30,546 bases of DNA from Chitinivibrionales bacterium (GCA_038247415.1 JBBRUX010000046.1:1-30546); one strand, 5' to 3'. Numbered from the stretch's first letter, positions 1 through 9,365 are shown. Notes: generated by a model not told the origin, from the sequence alone. Numbers and translations are program-made.

Positions 1-140
1 AGATGAATCACCGGACATTCAGTATGGCATTTTCAAAGGAGGAAACGACAGCCTACACAAAAGAGAATCGTTTGACAGTAGCGATGGTGGGAGACTAATT
101 TAAACCAAAAGCGGACTTTAACTCAAAAACGCGCCGGCAA

Positions 141-206
141 TCATCTTTTAATCCTATGATCCTTTAATCCTATCATCTTTTAATCCTACGAATCCTAATT
201 CAGACA
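141..206. repeat. Downstream repeat arm of the GxxExxY cassette: 8/16-bp periodic NATCCTNN units ending in AATCCTAATTCAGACA
   Basis: Units aatcctatgatccttt (150-165), aatcctatcatctttt (166-181), aatcctacg (182-190), aatcctaattcagaca (191-206); contains the TGA stop (202-200, minus strand) of the GxxExxY gene. Confidence 0.9.
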
Positions 207-601
207 TGGTTTTTATAATCCTTATTCTCCGGATGATTCACATTATAGACTCTTTTAAATTCCAGACTTTTGGCGCCGAAATTGATCAACAATCCGATTG
301 GTAAATTATATACCTGGCAATAATTCATGGCTTGTGCCAGATGAACGTCTTCCAGCTTTATAATTGCTTTCATTTCGACCATCACAAAATCACCAACAAA
401 GAAATCAACCCTTCTCGTGCCGATATTTATTTCGTCATAAAAAATGGGCATTTTCATTTCGCGTTTAAAAACCAAGCCTTGTTTTTCCATCTCAATGGCC
501 AGCGCCCTTTGATAAATAACTTCTTGGAACCCATTTCCCAAAACGGAATGAACCTTCATTGCACAGCCGATTATTTTGCGTGTCAATTCTTCGTATTTCA
601 T
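200..601 (-). CDS. GxxExxY protein (PD-(D/E)XK nuclease superfamily, PDDEXK_3-like)
   Basis: Signature LGNGFQEVIYQRAL (GxxExxY), RVDFFV...VEMKA (D..ExK), AQAMNY and GLLINFG motifs; 133 aa is typical; AGGA 7 nt upstream of ATG. Confidence 0.93.
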   Translation of the reverse strand: MKYEELTRKIIGCAMKVHSVLGNGFQEVIYQRALAIEMEKQGLVFKREMKMPIFYDEINIGTRRVDFFVGDFVMVEMKAIIKLEDVHLAQAMNYCQVYNLPIGLLINFGAKSLEFKRVYNVNHPENKDYKNHV

Positions 602-606
602 TTTTT

Positions 607-647
607 AATCCTATCATCCTTACATCCTAAAAATCCTAATTCAGACA
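607..647. repeat. Upstream repeat arm of the GxxExxY cassette (direct repeat of 166-206)
   Basis: aatcctatcatccttacatcctaaaaatcctaattcagaca matches 166-206 at 36/41 positions; terminal 16 bp identical. Confidence 0.9.
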
Positions 648-654
648 ATGTATT

Positions 655-684
655 CGGTAGCTGAGCGGAGTCGAAGCTACGCCG
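655..684. repeat. REP-like palindromic element (GTAGCT-GAGCGGAGTCGA-AGCTAC)
   Basis: Stem gtagct (657-662)/agctac (675-680) enclosing CTGAGCGGAGTCGAAG, which I recognise as a common dispersed repeat core in FCB-group genomes; overlaps the stop codon of the 677..1132 ORF. Confidence 0.65.
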
Positions 685-1132
685 TCAAAGCGTCATTTAC
701 CTCATCAATAATATTCTCTGGTGTATCCCCAAAAAGCTTTCTTTCTGTGTCGGTTATCTGTTTGTCGAGGCGGGTCAACCGGCTGGCCAATGAAGTAAAC
801 AATTCGTCCTCTCTGGCACCTACGGCAACCGCCTGTAATAAATTCTTTAAGGGAATGCCGGGCTTGGTTTCGAGTGGTCTACTAAGAGTTTTGCAGCTTT
901 TGGTAACACCGATAGCATTAAAAATAATGAAATGATCTTTTCTGTATTTGGCCGTGGGTGTTACTTTTTGTAAATTATCCAGATCAATAGTAGGTGTGCC
1001 GCGGCTACTCTTAAAATAGCCTTTGGGGTTAAGGGCTATAATTTCTTTCTTTATTCTTGTCTCCCCCAGAATTTCTTTGTCTTTTTCTGTATCCATGATA
1101 CTTGGTATAAAAAGCTTTTTAGTAATCCACAA
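677..1132 (-). pseudogene. hsdR: Fragment of type I restriction enzyme R subunit (EcoEI/EcoAI-type HsdR C-terminal region), truncated and probably internally deleted
   Basis: RGTPTIDLDNLQKVTPTAK..KDHFIIFNAIGVTKSCKTLSRPLETKPGIPLKNLLQAVAVGA..LASRLTRLD resembles the post-helicase region of HsdR; LFGDTPENIIDEVNDALTA resembles the extreme C-terminus; only ~110 aa of a ~900-aa protein, and the first ~43 aa look unrelated. Confidence 0.65.
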
Positions 1133-1282
1133 ATAGTGGAAGATCTACTTACGACCTTTGTTAAAGAACAATTTGTCCAAGGCCTTGATTGATATTTTCA
1201 AAGAACTTCGCTGCGTCGTCACGATTCGCTTGATGAGCAGTTTCAATCCGCACGTATCTTTGCCACATCGTATTTTTAGTGC

Positions 1283-2080
1283 ATGATTGAATCTTCCTTA
1301 TCCGATACCGACGATCTCGTTATAGCGGGCAAAGTCATTCGCTCGCGGCTTATTACGGGGTCGGGAAAATATGCCGACGATCGCATTATCAAAGATGTGC
1401 TCGCTGCTGCAGAGTGCGATATTATTACCGTTGCGGTTCGGCGTGTGGATTTTGACTCGGATACCGAGTCTATTCTTGCGCATATCCCCAAAGACGCAAC
1501 ACTCTTGCCTAATACATCGGGGGCTCGAACTGCAGATGAAGCTGTTCGCATTGCACGACTTGCTCGCGCTTCGGGGTGTGGTAATTGGATTAAAATTGAA
1601 GTTATTAATAATCAAAAATATTTGCTTCCGGATAATTTCGAGACCGTTCGCGCCACCGAAATATTGGCCAAAGAAGGCTTTATCGTTTTGCCCTATATGT
1701 CTCCCGATCTTTCTGCCGCCCGACGCATGGTTGATGCTGGCGCGGCTGCGATTATGCCACTTGGTGCACCTATCGGTTCGAACCGGGGGCTTAAAACAAT
1801 TGAACTTATTCGCATTCTCATTGACGAAATTAAAGTCCCAATAATTGTTGATGCTGGCATTGGTAAACCGTCTCATGCTGCCCAGGCAATGGAAATAGGT
1901 GCTGCGGCAGTCCTTCTTAATACTGCAATTGCTACTGCGGTAGACCCTGTAGGCATGGCTCATGCTTTTCGCATGGCTGTGAAAGCGGGTCGTATTGCGT
2001 ACAAAAGTGGTTTGGCCCCCTTGCAGCAAACGGCACAGGCATCTTCGCCCTTAACCGGATTTCTCTCGGCTTCGCTATAA
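1283..2080 (+). CDS. thiG: Thiazole synthase
   Basis: [75 protein letters not shown] motifs. Confidence 0.97.
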   Translation: MIESSLSDTDDLVIAGKVIRSRLITGSGKYADDRIIKDVLAAAECDIITVAVRRVDFDSDTESILAHIPKDATLLPNTSGARTADEAVRIARLARASGCGNWIKIEVINNQKYLLPDNFETVRATEILAKEGFIVLPYMSPDLSAARRMVDAGAAAIMPLGAPIGSNRGLKTIELIRILIDEIKVPIIVDAGIGKPSHAAQAMEIGAAAVLLNTAIATAVDPVGMAHAFRMAVKAGRIAYKSGLAPLQQTAQASSPLTGFLSASL

Positions 2081-2084
2081 TATC

Positions 2085-3203
2085 ATGTCAACCGATTTTT
2101 ACACTTCAGTTTTTACGAAATATAGGGATTTTGACCCCGGTAAGGTTTGTGCACATACAACTGCCGCTGCGGTAGCACGCGCGCTTACAAAAGAAATCCT
2201 CGATGAAATTGACTTTTGCGCATTACTCTCGCCTGCAGCCCACCCCTATTTAGAGCAGATGGCTCAAAAAGCTGCGTTTCTAACGCGCCAGCGGTTTGGC
2301 AACGCAATGATTCTCTTTACGCCCCTTTATATTTCTAATTATTGCGATAACAAATGCGTATATTGTTCTTTTGCAAAGCAGCACGATATCGCGAGAAGCC
2401 ATTTGAATATGGATCAAATCGATAAAGAATCGGCAGCATTAGCTAAAAGCGGGATCCGTCATATTCTGGTTCTAACAGGGGAGTCTCCCGCGCATGTTCC
2501 GCTCAAATATCTTTGCGATGCCATTAGTATTATTCGTAAACACTTTTCTTCTATAGCGCTCGAAGTGTATCCACTAACAGCAGAGGAATATCGGCAGGTT
2601 TGCGTTGCAGGAGCCGACTCGGTAACCTTGTATCAGGAAGTCTATAACGAGAAGGCCTATAGGCTTTTTCATAAGGGTGGACCTAAAGAAGATTTTGTCA
2701 ATCGCCTTAACGCACCCGATAGAGCGTGTAGTGCTGGAATGCATGCGATAACCGTTGGAGCCCTTTTAGGGCTTGGACAATTCGAGTACGAAGCTTTTTT
2801 CTCAGGGCTTCATGCACGGTATTTACAAGATACTTATCCTTCCACCGAGGTTGCGGTTGCTCCTCCACGAATGCGGCCACTGAGTAATGCCTTTAAGATC
2901 CCTTATCCTGTTTCCGATAGTCTTTTTGTCCAATATGTGTGCGCCCTTCGGCTTTTTCTGCCAACAGCGGGCATTACAATTTCCACACGGGAATCGGCTG
3001 CATTACGCAATAATATTGTGAGACTTGGGGTTACAAAAATGTCTGCTGGGGTTACAACCGCTGTTGGGGGACACGTAACCGAAGCGTCAACAGCACAATT
3101 TGAAATCGCCGACACCCGGTCGGTTGATCAGATGAAAAAAGACCTTCGCGTCTTAGGTTTCTCTCCTGTCATGCACGACTGGAATTCTGGGTTGCTTGGC
3201 TAG
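2085..3203 (+). CDS. thiH: 2-iminoacetate synthase (tyrosine lyase, radical SAM)
   Basis: FTPLYISNYCDNKCVYCSF (CxxxCxxC), YQEVYN, PRMRP, TISTRE, TKMSAG, QFEIADTRS; 4 nt downstream of thiG. Confidence 0.95.
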   Translation: MSTDFYTSVFTKYRDFDPGKVCAHTTAAAVARALTKEILDEIDFCALLSPAAHPYLEQMAQKAAFLTRQRFGNAMILFTPLYISNYCDNKCVYCSFAKQHDIARSHLNMDQIDKESAALAKSGIRHILVLTGESPAHVPLKYLCDAISIIRKHFSSIALEVYPLTAEEYRQVCVAGADSVTLYQEVYNEKAYRLFHKGGPKEDFVNRLNAPDRACSAGMHAITVGALLGLGQFEYEAFFSGLHARYLQDTYPSTEVAVAPPRMRPLSNAFKIPYPVSDSLFVQYVCALRLFLPTAGITISTRESAALRNNIVRLGVTKMSAGVTTAVGGHVTEASTAQFEIADTRSVDQMKKDLRVLGFSPVMHDWNSGLLG

Positions 3204-4395
3204 CACCTAAGCTATGAGCCCCTGCCATGGCGCAAAAGTATTGCATCCCTGTTTGTATAGCTTCTTCGGATGGGTTAAATTGGGGTGTGTGAATTCCATA
3301 CACCATTTTTTCGCCCGCATGAGCAACGCCAAGGTGTACAAAAAGACTTTTTGCTATACGGGTATAATAAGCAAAATCTTCGGCATACATGGTTGGGGTG
3401 GTTCTGGTTATTATTCCTTTTTTGCCAAGAATTGGGGTGAGTACTGCGTGCGCTTTGTGGACGAGCGTCGGATCATTAAAAAGCGGTGGGTATCCGCGTT
3501 TAAACTCAATTTCTGCGCGTGCTCGAAACGAATGAGCCGTGGTTGTAACAACCGTTTTAATTCGTTTCATGATGTGTTCCATGGCTTTTTCCGAGAATGA
3601 TCGAATGGTTCCGGCAAACTGCGCTTCTTCGGGAATAATATTGAACCCGCTGCCCGAATGAAAAGATCCTACCGATACTACGCAGGGATCTGTTGGGGCA
3701 TGCTCCCTACTCACGATAGTTTGCAATTGGGAAATAATCATAGACGCACACACAAGTGGATCGATTGTTGATTCTGGCGTAGCAGCATGACCGCCTTTAC
3801 CAAATATGGTTACGGTAAAATCGCACACTCCGGCATAATCAAACCCCGAAGCAATTCCTATTTGTCCTGCAAAATGGGAGCTTGATACGTGTAATCCGTA
3901 AATAGCTTCTGTTTGTTTAGGGATCGCTCCGGCTTTAATGAGCGGGAGTGCCCCCCCTGGCGATAGCTCTTCGGAAGGTTGAAAGAGGGCAACAATGGTT
4001 CCGCGCCAGATGTGTTTACAACAAAGAAGTGTTTGAACAGTACCACAAAGGATTGCGGTGTGCATGTCGTGTCCGCATGCGTGCATGCAGTTGGCATTGC
4101 GCGAAGCATAGGGAAGAGAGGTTTTTTCCAGAATGGGCAAGGCATCGGTATCTGCACGAAAGCAGAGCGTGGGGCCAGTCCCGTTAGTCAATTTAGCTAC
4201 AACCGCCGTTTTGTTGAGGTAGTATGTAGGCTTTATGCCAAGGTTTGAAAGAAACGTAAAAATTTTTGCCGCAGTTTTGAATTCGTTTCCCGAAAGTTCG
4301 GGATCTTGATGAATAGCACGCCGGATTTCTACCGCTGCCGTAGAGGCTTTTAAAAGCGCGGTCGCAGTGGTCTTATCGAATACCTTTGTTTTCAT
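3169..4395 (-). CDS. M20 family amidohydrolase (M20D/Acy1-like)
   Basis: RRAIHQDPELS, RADTDALP, MHACGHDMH, FQPSEE, GKGGHA, AEDFAYY, HTPQF motifs. Confidence 0.93.
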   Translation of the reverse strand: MKTKVFDKTTATALLKASTAAVEIRRAIHQDPELSGNEFKTAAKIFTFLSNLGIKPTYYLNKTAVVAKLTNGTGPTLCFRADTDALPILEKTSLPYASRNANCMHACGHDMHTAILCGTVQTLLCCKHIWRGTIVALFQPSEELSPGGALPLIKAGAIPKQTEAIYGLHVSSSHFAGQIGIASGFDYAGVCDFTVTIFGKGGHAATPESTIDPLVCASMIISQLQTIVSREHAPTDPCVVSVGSFHSGSGFNIIPEEAQFAGTIRSFSEKAMEHIMKRIKTVVTTTAHSFRARAEIEFKRGYPPLFNDPTLVHKAHAVLTPILGKKGIITRTTPTMYAEDFAYYTRIAKSLFVHLGVAHAGEKMVYGIHTPQFNPSEEAIQTGMQYFCAMAGAHSLGASQATQNSSRA

Positions 4396-4441
4396 AGAAA
4401 ATGCCGTTTGTACAGTGCGGGAGGTTTATGCTTGTATGCTG

Positions 4442-5053
4442 TTACCTGATTTCGTCTTTGAGTACAATAGGTGATGATAATATTTCTTTTAAAACAAACG
4501 CGCGCGCAAGGTCGTTGTGTTTAAAACCAAAAGGCCCGCTAAAAATAGTTGCGTTGGAATGTTTGTGCTTGGCCATCCCAACGCCATCGGAATGTGGACG
4601 CGGTACTGGAGATGCTCGGAGAGCATCGGCCTGTGGCGACGAACTGTTGCCGTAAATTTCATCGGTTAAAAACGGCTTGGGCACTTTTTTTGGTGGCGCC
4701 TTGGCAGCATGAAAAAATGGCTCGGTACTCTCGGTGCGCATTTGTGAAGTTGAGGAACGGGTGTCAGCGGAATGCGTGGGAGCGCTTGTTGCGAGTGTTT
4801 GTTTGGGCTCTGGAGCTTGCGTTTTTTGAGGCACAGGCTCAGAAGCGGGCGGTTTTGGGATAGCGTCACCAAACATCTCTTTCAAAATGTTTTTAAATGG
4901 ATCGGCGGGAGCCATTGGGCCACGACCATCTGCGGGAGGCGCAGATGGTCGTGGTTGTGCCGGTTTCTTTTTTGTCATAATAGAATTGAGGACAAAAATC
5001 ACCAGTATGATAATTGGCAGTATCGATTTAAATAAAGGAATGAGATGGTCCAT
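4442..5053 (-). CDS. Hypothetical membrane-anchored Pro-rich protein (YqfB-like partner of FloA)
   Basis: N-terminal TM helix, Pro/Ala-rich linker, C-terminal DLARAFVLKEILSSPI motif typical of genes following floA; start overlaps the floA stop. Confidence 0.7.
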   Translation of the reverse strand: MDHLIPLFKSILPIIILVIFVLNSIMTKKKPAQPRPSAPPADGRGPMAPADPFKNILKEMFGDAIPKPPASEPVPQKTQAPEPKQTLATSAPTHSADTRSSTSQMRTESTEPFFHAAKAPPKKVPKPFLTDEIYGNSSSPQADALRASPVPRPHSDGVGMAKHKHSNATIFSGPFGFKHNDLARAFVLKEILSSPIVLKDEIR

Positions 5054-6045
5054 TATTTGCCGTCCGCTGTGTTCTTTCCACTATTACCAATTGTGTCGCG
5101 CATTTGAGTGTCTGCAGCAATATTTTTAAGCTTGTAGTAATCCATAATACCCATATTGCCACTTCTAAATGCTTCGGCCATGGCCATAGGGATTTGTGCT
5201 TCGGCTTCTACTACTTTTGCGCGCATTTCTTGGGTGCGTGCCTGCATTTCCTGTTCGGTTGCAACAGCCATTGCCCGACGTTCTTCGGCTTTTGCCTGAG
5301 CAATTTTTTTATCGGCTTCGGCACGATCGGTCTCAAGCGCAGCACCAATATTTTTACCAACGTCAACGTCTGCTACGTCAATTGACAAAATTTCAAATGC
5401 AGTGCCTGCATCTAAACCTTTTTCGAGAACTGTTTTAGAAATCATGTCGGGTTTCTCAAGAACAAGTTTATGGGATATAGCAGAACCGATGGTTGTAACA
5501 ATACCTTCGCCAACACGTGCAAGAATAGTTTCTTCTCCGGCACCACCTACAAGGCGGTCTATGTTTGCACGAACAGTTACGCGACTTACCACTTTAAGCT
5601 GGATACCATCTTTTGCAACACCTGCTACAGTCGGCGTATCGATAACTTTTGGATTGACACTCATTTGAACAGCCTCAAGCACATTACGTCCAGCAAGATC
5701 GATTGCAGCAGCACGTCGAAAGTCCAGAGAGATGTTTGCTTTATCGGCTGCGATAAGGGCTTGCACAACGCGCATGACGTTTCCACCAGCAAGGTAATGA
5801 GACTCAAGAGCATCAGAGGTGATCTCGATGCCCGCCTTGACTGCCATGATTTTCGATTCGACAATCAATTTTGGGGGAACTTTACGAATACGCATAAAGA
5901 CAATGTTGAGAAGTCCAACACGTGCGCCCGTTATGAGTGCCTGAATCCAGAGAGAAAGTGCCGAAAAGATAAAAAACCCGACAATGAGGACTAGTACGAT
6001 GACAATAATGCCACCAAGAACCATGAGCGTTGAGGTAGAAATCAT
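5053..6045 (-). CDS. floA: Flotillin-like protein FloA (YqfA, UPF0365)
   Basis: [77 protein letters not shown]...ADTQMR. Confidence 0.96.
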   Translation of the reverse strand: MISTSTLMVLGGIIVIVLVLIVGFFIFSALSLWIQALITGARVGLLNIVFMRIRKVPPKLIVESKIMAVKAGIEITSDALESHYLAGGNVMRVVQALIAADKANISLDFRRAAAIDLAGRNVLEAVQMSVNPKVIDTPTVAGVAKDGIQLKVVSRVTVRANIDRLVGGAGEETILARVGEGIVTTIGSAISHKLVLEKPDMISKTVLEKGLDAGTAFEILSIDVADVDVGKNIGAALETDRAEADKKIAQAKAEERRAMAVATEQEMQARTQEMRAKVVEAEAQIPMAMAEAFRSGNMGIMDYYKLKNIAADTQMRDTIGNSGKNTADGK

Positions 6046-6066
6046 GGATGCAATCCTTTGAAAAAA

Positions 6067-6549
6067 TTATGGAATATTACGGGTAACAATGACTTGGTTT
6101 CCTTCTGCTGCGATAACCCGGATAGGGGTTCCTTGTTCTAAAAATTCCCCATGGGTTGTAACATCTATCCGCTGATGCTCAAATTGACCTATGCCTGATG
6201 GCCGCAACAGTGAGAGTGCAACGCCTGTGTGTCCAATAAGCTTTATCAGATCGTCAGATTGAGATTGGACGCCTTCCTTTTTGCCAAGCTGAGTACGGAG
6301 TGCAAAAGGGGAATGGGCTAAAAACCGAAGGCCTATGAGCACCACAACCGGAATGATAACGCTATCTGCAACCACAAATCCAAATGCTACTGTTTTTGAG
6401 AAGTGGGTGAAGATAATATACAAAGAAGAGCCAAAAAGGCCTGCAGAAACGAGTGCAAGAATACCAGCAGTGGGAATGAGGCACTCGGTAATAATCACGG
6501 CACACCCGAGAATCTGGAGCGTTATTGGAACAAGAAGATTAGACGACAT
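6067..6549 (-). CDS. Short NfeD family protein (membrane helices + C-terminal OB fold)
   Basis: Three hydrophobic helices then LIGHTGVALSLLRPSG..RIDVTTHGEFL...GNQVIV. Confidence 0.88.
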   Translation of the reverse strand: MSSNLLVPITLQILGCAVIITECLIPTAGILALVSAGLFGSSLYIIFTHFSKTVAFGFVVADSVIIPVVVLIGLRFLAHSPFALRTQLGKKEGVQSQSDDLIKLIGHTGVALSLLRPSGIGQFEHQRIDVTTHGEFLEQGTPIRVIAAEGNQVIVTRNIP

Positions 6550-8020
6550 CGGGCATATCCTTGGTTACCGTGATCTTGTTTTTTGAAACAAACGTAACTC
6601 TTACAGCAGCATCTTTTTCGATGAAAGATCCATCTGCTGTTACATCGAAAACTCGGTTGTCAACACGCGCTTTACCTGCAGGACGAAGCAGAGAAAGGGC
6701 GACACCCTTTGCGCCGATTGCGATATCACGAATTTCGGTGGAATCGGCGTGTGATGTTGCAAGCGTTTCCGAAAGATAGGGCCCTTTAAAAACTTTACCT
6801 AAGCGTGGTAAAACAAGCAATACAAAAGAGAATGAAACAAACAGCGCGCCCGCTAGGGAAAAAAGAATCATGAGCACATTGTTAATAAGCAGCTCTTTTT
6901 GCCACGGCATAGAGGGCGACGGTATGACAAAGTTTTGAAGAGAAAGCAATATTCCTAGGCCTATGGCAACAACGCCAAGACTTCCGGCAATTAAGGTACC
7001 CGGAACAACAAACATCTCTACACCAATAAGAAGAACGCCAATAACAAAGAGAAGAATCTCTGAGTAATTGGCAAGACCAACCATAAATTGACCTAAGAAA
7101 ACAAGTGCGAGAATGGCAATTCCAAGGATTCCAGGCAGGCCAAACCCAGGAGATTTGAATTCGATATAGAGCGCACCAAAACCTATAATAAGCAAAATTG
7201 GCGTGATTTTAGTAAGCCAGCGTACAAATTTCTCAGACCAACTTTCGGTTATTCGTATTGTTGTATAGTTTGTAATCCCTTCGCGGGCAATTACTTCTTC
7301 GATACTTGAAACGCTTGCCTGGGAGAGCTTTAAGTCATGCGCTTCATCATCGTTCATGGTAAGAAGTTTGCCGCGCGAAACAACAGTATTTTTTCTTGCG
7401 ATGGTAAGTCTGTCTTTGTCACTAAGCTCAGCAAGTGTTGTTGAATCCATAAAATCGATGGTTGAGTCTTTTCGTGTGATTTTATACACCAGCATATTAT
7501 CTGATACCATAGATTCTGCAATGGCAGAGGGGTAGTTATTTTGTTTTGCCAGGGCGCGAAACTTAGCCCGCAAAGGAGATTGAAATTTTTCCCCCAGCAT
7601 TTTTGGCCCCTCATTGGTCATCATGAGCGGGGCACAATCGCCAATGGTTGTGCCCTTTTTCATGTAGAGTTTTTTACACGAAAGCGAAATGAGCGCGCCG
7701 GCAGAAATTGCCTTTGTCTTTACATAGGCTATTGTGGGGTGATGTGCTGAAAAAAGCAGGGTGTCGACAATTTCAAGTGCCGCATCAACGCGACCACCAA
7801 AAGTATCCATTTCAATGATAATCAGGGCATTTGTTTCGTCTTTGATCGATGTGAGCGATCGTGACAAAAAGGAAGCCATGGCTGGCTCTACATCCCCGTG
7901 CAAAGGAATGATATAAACCTGAGTAGTTGTTTTTGCCGGTGCTAGGGTAAGTGAATCTGCTGAAGCAACTTTAAAAAGAAGCAGAAACGTTACGATGGCA
8001 AATGTATACCACGATTTCAT
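6539..8020 (-). CDS. Long NfeD family membrane-bound serine protease (ClpP-class, NfeD1b/YqeZ-like)
   Basis: Signal peptide, EMDTFGGRVDAA, AISAGALI (Ser), GEK (Lys), EFKSPGFGLPG TM region, C-terminal LLRPAGKA OB fold. Confidence 0.92.
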   Translation of the reverse strand: MKSWYTFAIVTFLLLFKVASADSLTLAPAKTTTQVYIIPLHGDVEPAMASFLSRSLTSIKDETNALIIIEMDTFGGRVDAALEIVDTLLFSAHHPTIAYVKTKAISAGALISLSCKKLYMKKGTTIGDCAPLMMTNEGPKMLGEKFQSPLRAKFRALAKQNNYPSAIAESMVSDNMLVYKITRKDSTIDFMDSTTLAELSDKDRLTIARKNTVVSRGKLLTMNDDEAHDLKLSQASVSSIEEVIAREGITNYTTIRITESWSEKFVRWLTKITPILLIIGFGALYIEFKSPGFGLPGILGIAILALVFLGQFMVGLANYSEILLFVIGVLLIGVEMFVVPGTLIAGSLGVVAIGLGILLSLQNFVIPSPSMPWQKELLINNVLMILFSLAGALFVSFSFVLLVLPRLGKVFKGPYLSETLATSHADSTEIRDIAIGAKGVALSLLRPAGKARVDNRVFDVTADGSFIEKDAAVRVTFVSKNKITVTKDMPDVV

Positions 8021-8041
8021 ATTCTTATAAATCCTTACGAA

Positions 8042-8662
8042 TTACGATTTTGCTTTTGATGGGTGTTTCAGATGTCTCATGACAAACCATACTGCTGCTG
8101 CAACAAGCAATACAAGTACAGCTATGTCAACAAAGCGTGCATATTTCATAACCGCTTCCCAGTTCTGCTTGAGAAAAAATCCGCAGAAGGTTAAAAAAGC
8201 ATTCCAGATACCTGCGCCAATAGTTGTATAGATAATAAATTTAAATATATTCATATTGGCTGTACCAGCAGGAATCGAAATGAGATGTCGAACAATGGGG
8301 ATAAACCGACAGATAAGAATCGTGATGTCGCCATGTTGGGCAAAAAACTTTTCTGTAAAGGCGAGATCGTCGTGATTAATAAGGAAGAATTTTCCAAACG
8401 TACTGATAAAAGGCTTTCCGCCAAACTTGCCGATATAATAAGACAAGAGTGATCCAATAATGGATGCAACCGTTGAAACAATAATAACATTTGCAAATGT
8501 AAAACGGCCACTTACTATCAAGAAGCCCGCAAAGGGCATAACTGCTTCGCTGGGGATAGGAAAAACCATGCTTTCCATAATCATCAAAATGAAAACGCTG
8601 ATATAACCGGTAGAATCGATAAATTGTGTTATGTAGCCAGCAAGAAATTCGGTAACGCCCAT
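8042..8662 (-). CDS. DedA family membrane protein
   Basis: ESMVFPIPSEAVMPFAGF, CRFIPIVRHLISIPAG motifs. Confidence 0.95.
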   Translation of the reverse strand: MGVTEFLAGYITQFIDSTGYISVFILMIMESMVFPIPSEAVMPFAGFLIVSGRFTFANVIIVSTVASIIGSLLSYYIGKFGGKPFISTFGKFFLINHDDLAFTEKFFAQHGDITILICRFIPIVRHLISIPAGTANMNIFKFIIYTTIGAGIWNAFLTFCGFFLKQNWEAVMKYARFVDIAVLVLLVAAAVWFVMRHLKHPSKAKS

Positions 8663-8720
8663 CGTAACTCCTTATAAGTGTTTTTATTACTACGAATATG
8701 CAATATATATGTTGCCCGTC

Positions 8721-9365
8721 TTATTTCTCCCACCCCTGTGCGCCAATAAGTGGAACAAATGAAACCCCCGCAACAGAATCTTTAACTAAGCCCTCTGGTG
8801 TGTTGTCATAGATATCGAGTGTTTGGTTTTGTTTGTCGCCTACAGGAATAATGAGCCTTCCGCCAGGCGCAAGTTGGTCGCACAGCGATTGCGGAAGCAC
8901 CGGGGCGCCTGCGGTGACAATAATTCTATTGAAGGGAGCATGCAAGGGCCACCCTTGAGTTCCATCGCCAGCTTTAAAGACTACGTTTGCGTAGCCCATT
9001 TCTCTGAGTCGTTTGCGAGCTTTCTCGCTTAATTCGTGGTGTCGTTCTATGGTGTAAACGCGGAGCGAAAATTGTGCAAGAATGGCCGTTTGAAATCCTG
9101 AGCCAGTACCAATTTCAAGAATTTTATCATCTTTGCAAATGTTAAGCGCTTGTGTCATGAGTGCCACTACGTAGGGTTGGCTTATAGTTTGCCCAAGGCC
9201 TATAGGAAGGGCATTGTCTTCGTAGGCTTGCTCTGCCAAGGCAGTATCGGTAAATTTATGACGGTGCACTTTGCGAAAAGCCTCGAGTACCCGAGGATCT
9301 GAAATTCCTTTTGTAGCAAGTAATTTAACCAGTTTTTCGCGGGCAATTTCGGGTTTAAGATACAT
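8721..9365 (-). CDS. pcm: Protein-L-isoaspartate(D-aspartate) O-methyltransferase
   Basis: AYEDNALPIGLGQTISQPYVVALM, ILEIGTGSGFQTA, APFNRIIVTAGA, FVPLIG; start moved to ATG 9365 (MYLKPE), overlapping the end of the GT2 gene. Confidence 0.95.
   Translation of the reverse strand: MYLKPEIAREKLVKLLATKGISDPRVLEAFRKVHRHKFTDTALAEQAYEDNALPIGLGQTISQPYVVALMTQALNICKDDKILEIGTGSGFQTAILAQFSLRVYTIERHHELSEKARKRLREMGYANVVFKAGDGTQGWPLHAPFNRIIVTAGAPVLPQSLCDQLAPGGRLIIPVGDKQNQTLDIYDNTPEGLVKDSVAGVSFVPLIGAQGWEK

Noticed and set aside
1..103. Short open frames at the left edge (e.g. DESPDIQYGIFKGG..GGRLI*)
   Set aside because: Too short and truncated to assign a frame or product.
141..206. Possible CRISPR mini-array beside a nuclease gene
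   Set aside because: Units are contiguous 8/16-bp tandem repeats with no unique spacers, and there are no cas genes in the window.
1298..2029. 243-aa minus-strand ORF
   Set aside because: Antisense shadow of thiG with no recognisable motifs.
3169..3203. 35-bp convergent overlap of thiH and the amidohydrolase
   Set aside because: Short tail-to-tail overlaps are common; there is no evidence of regulatory meaning.
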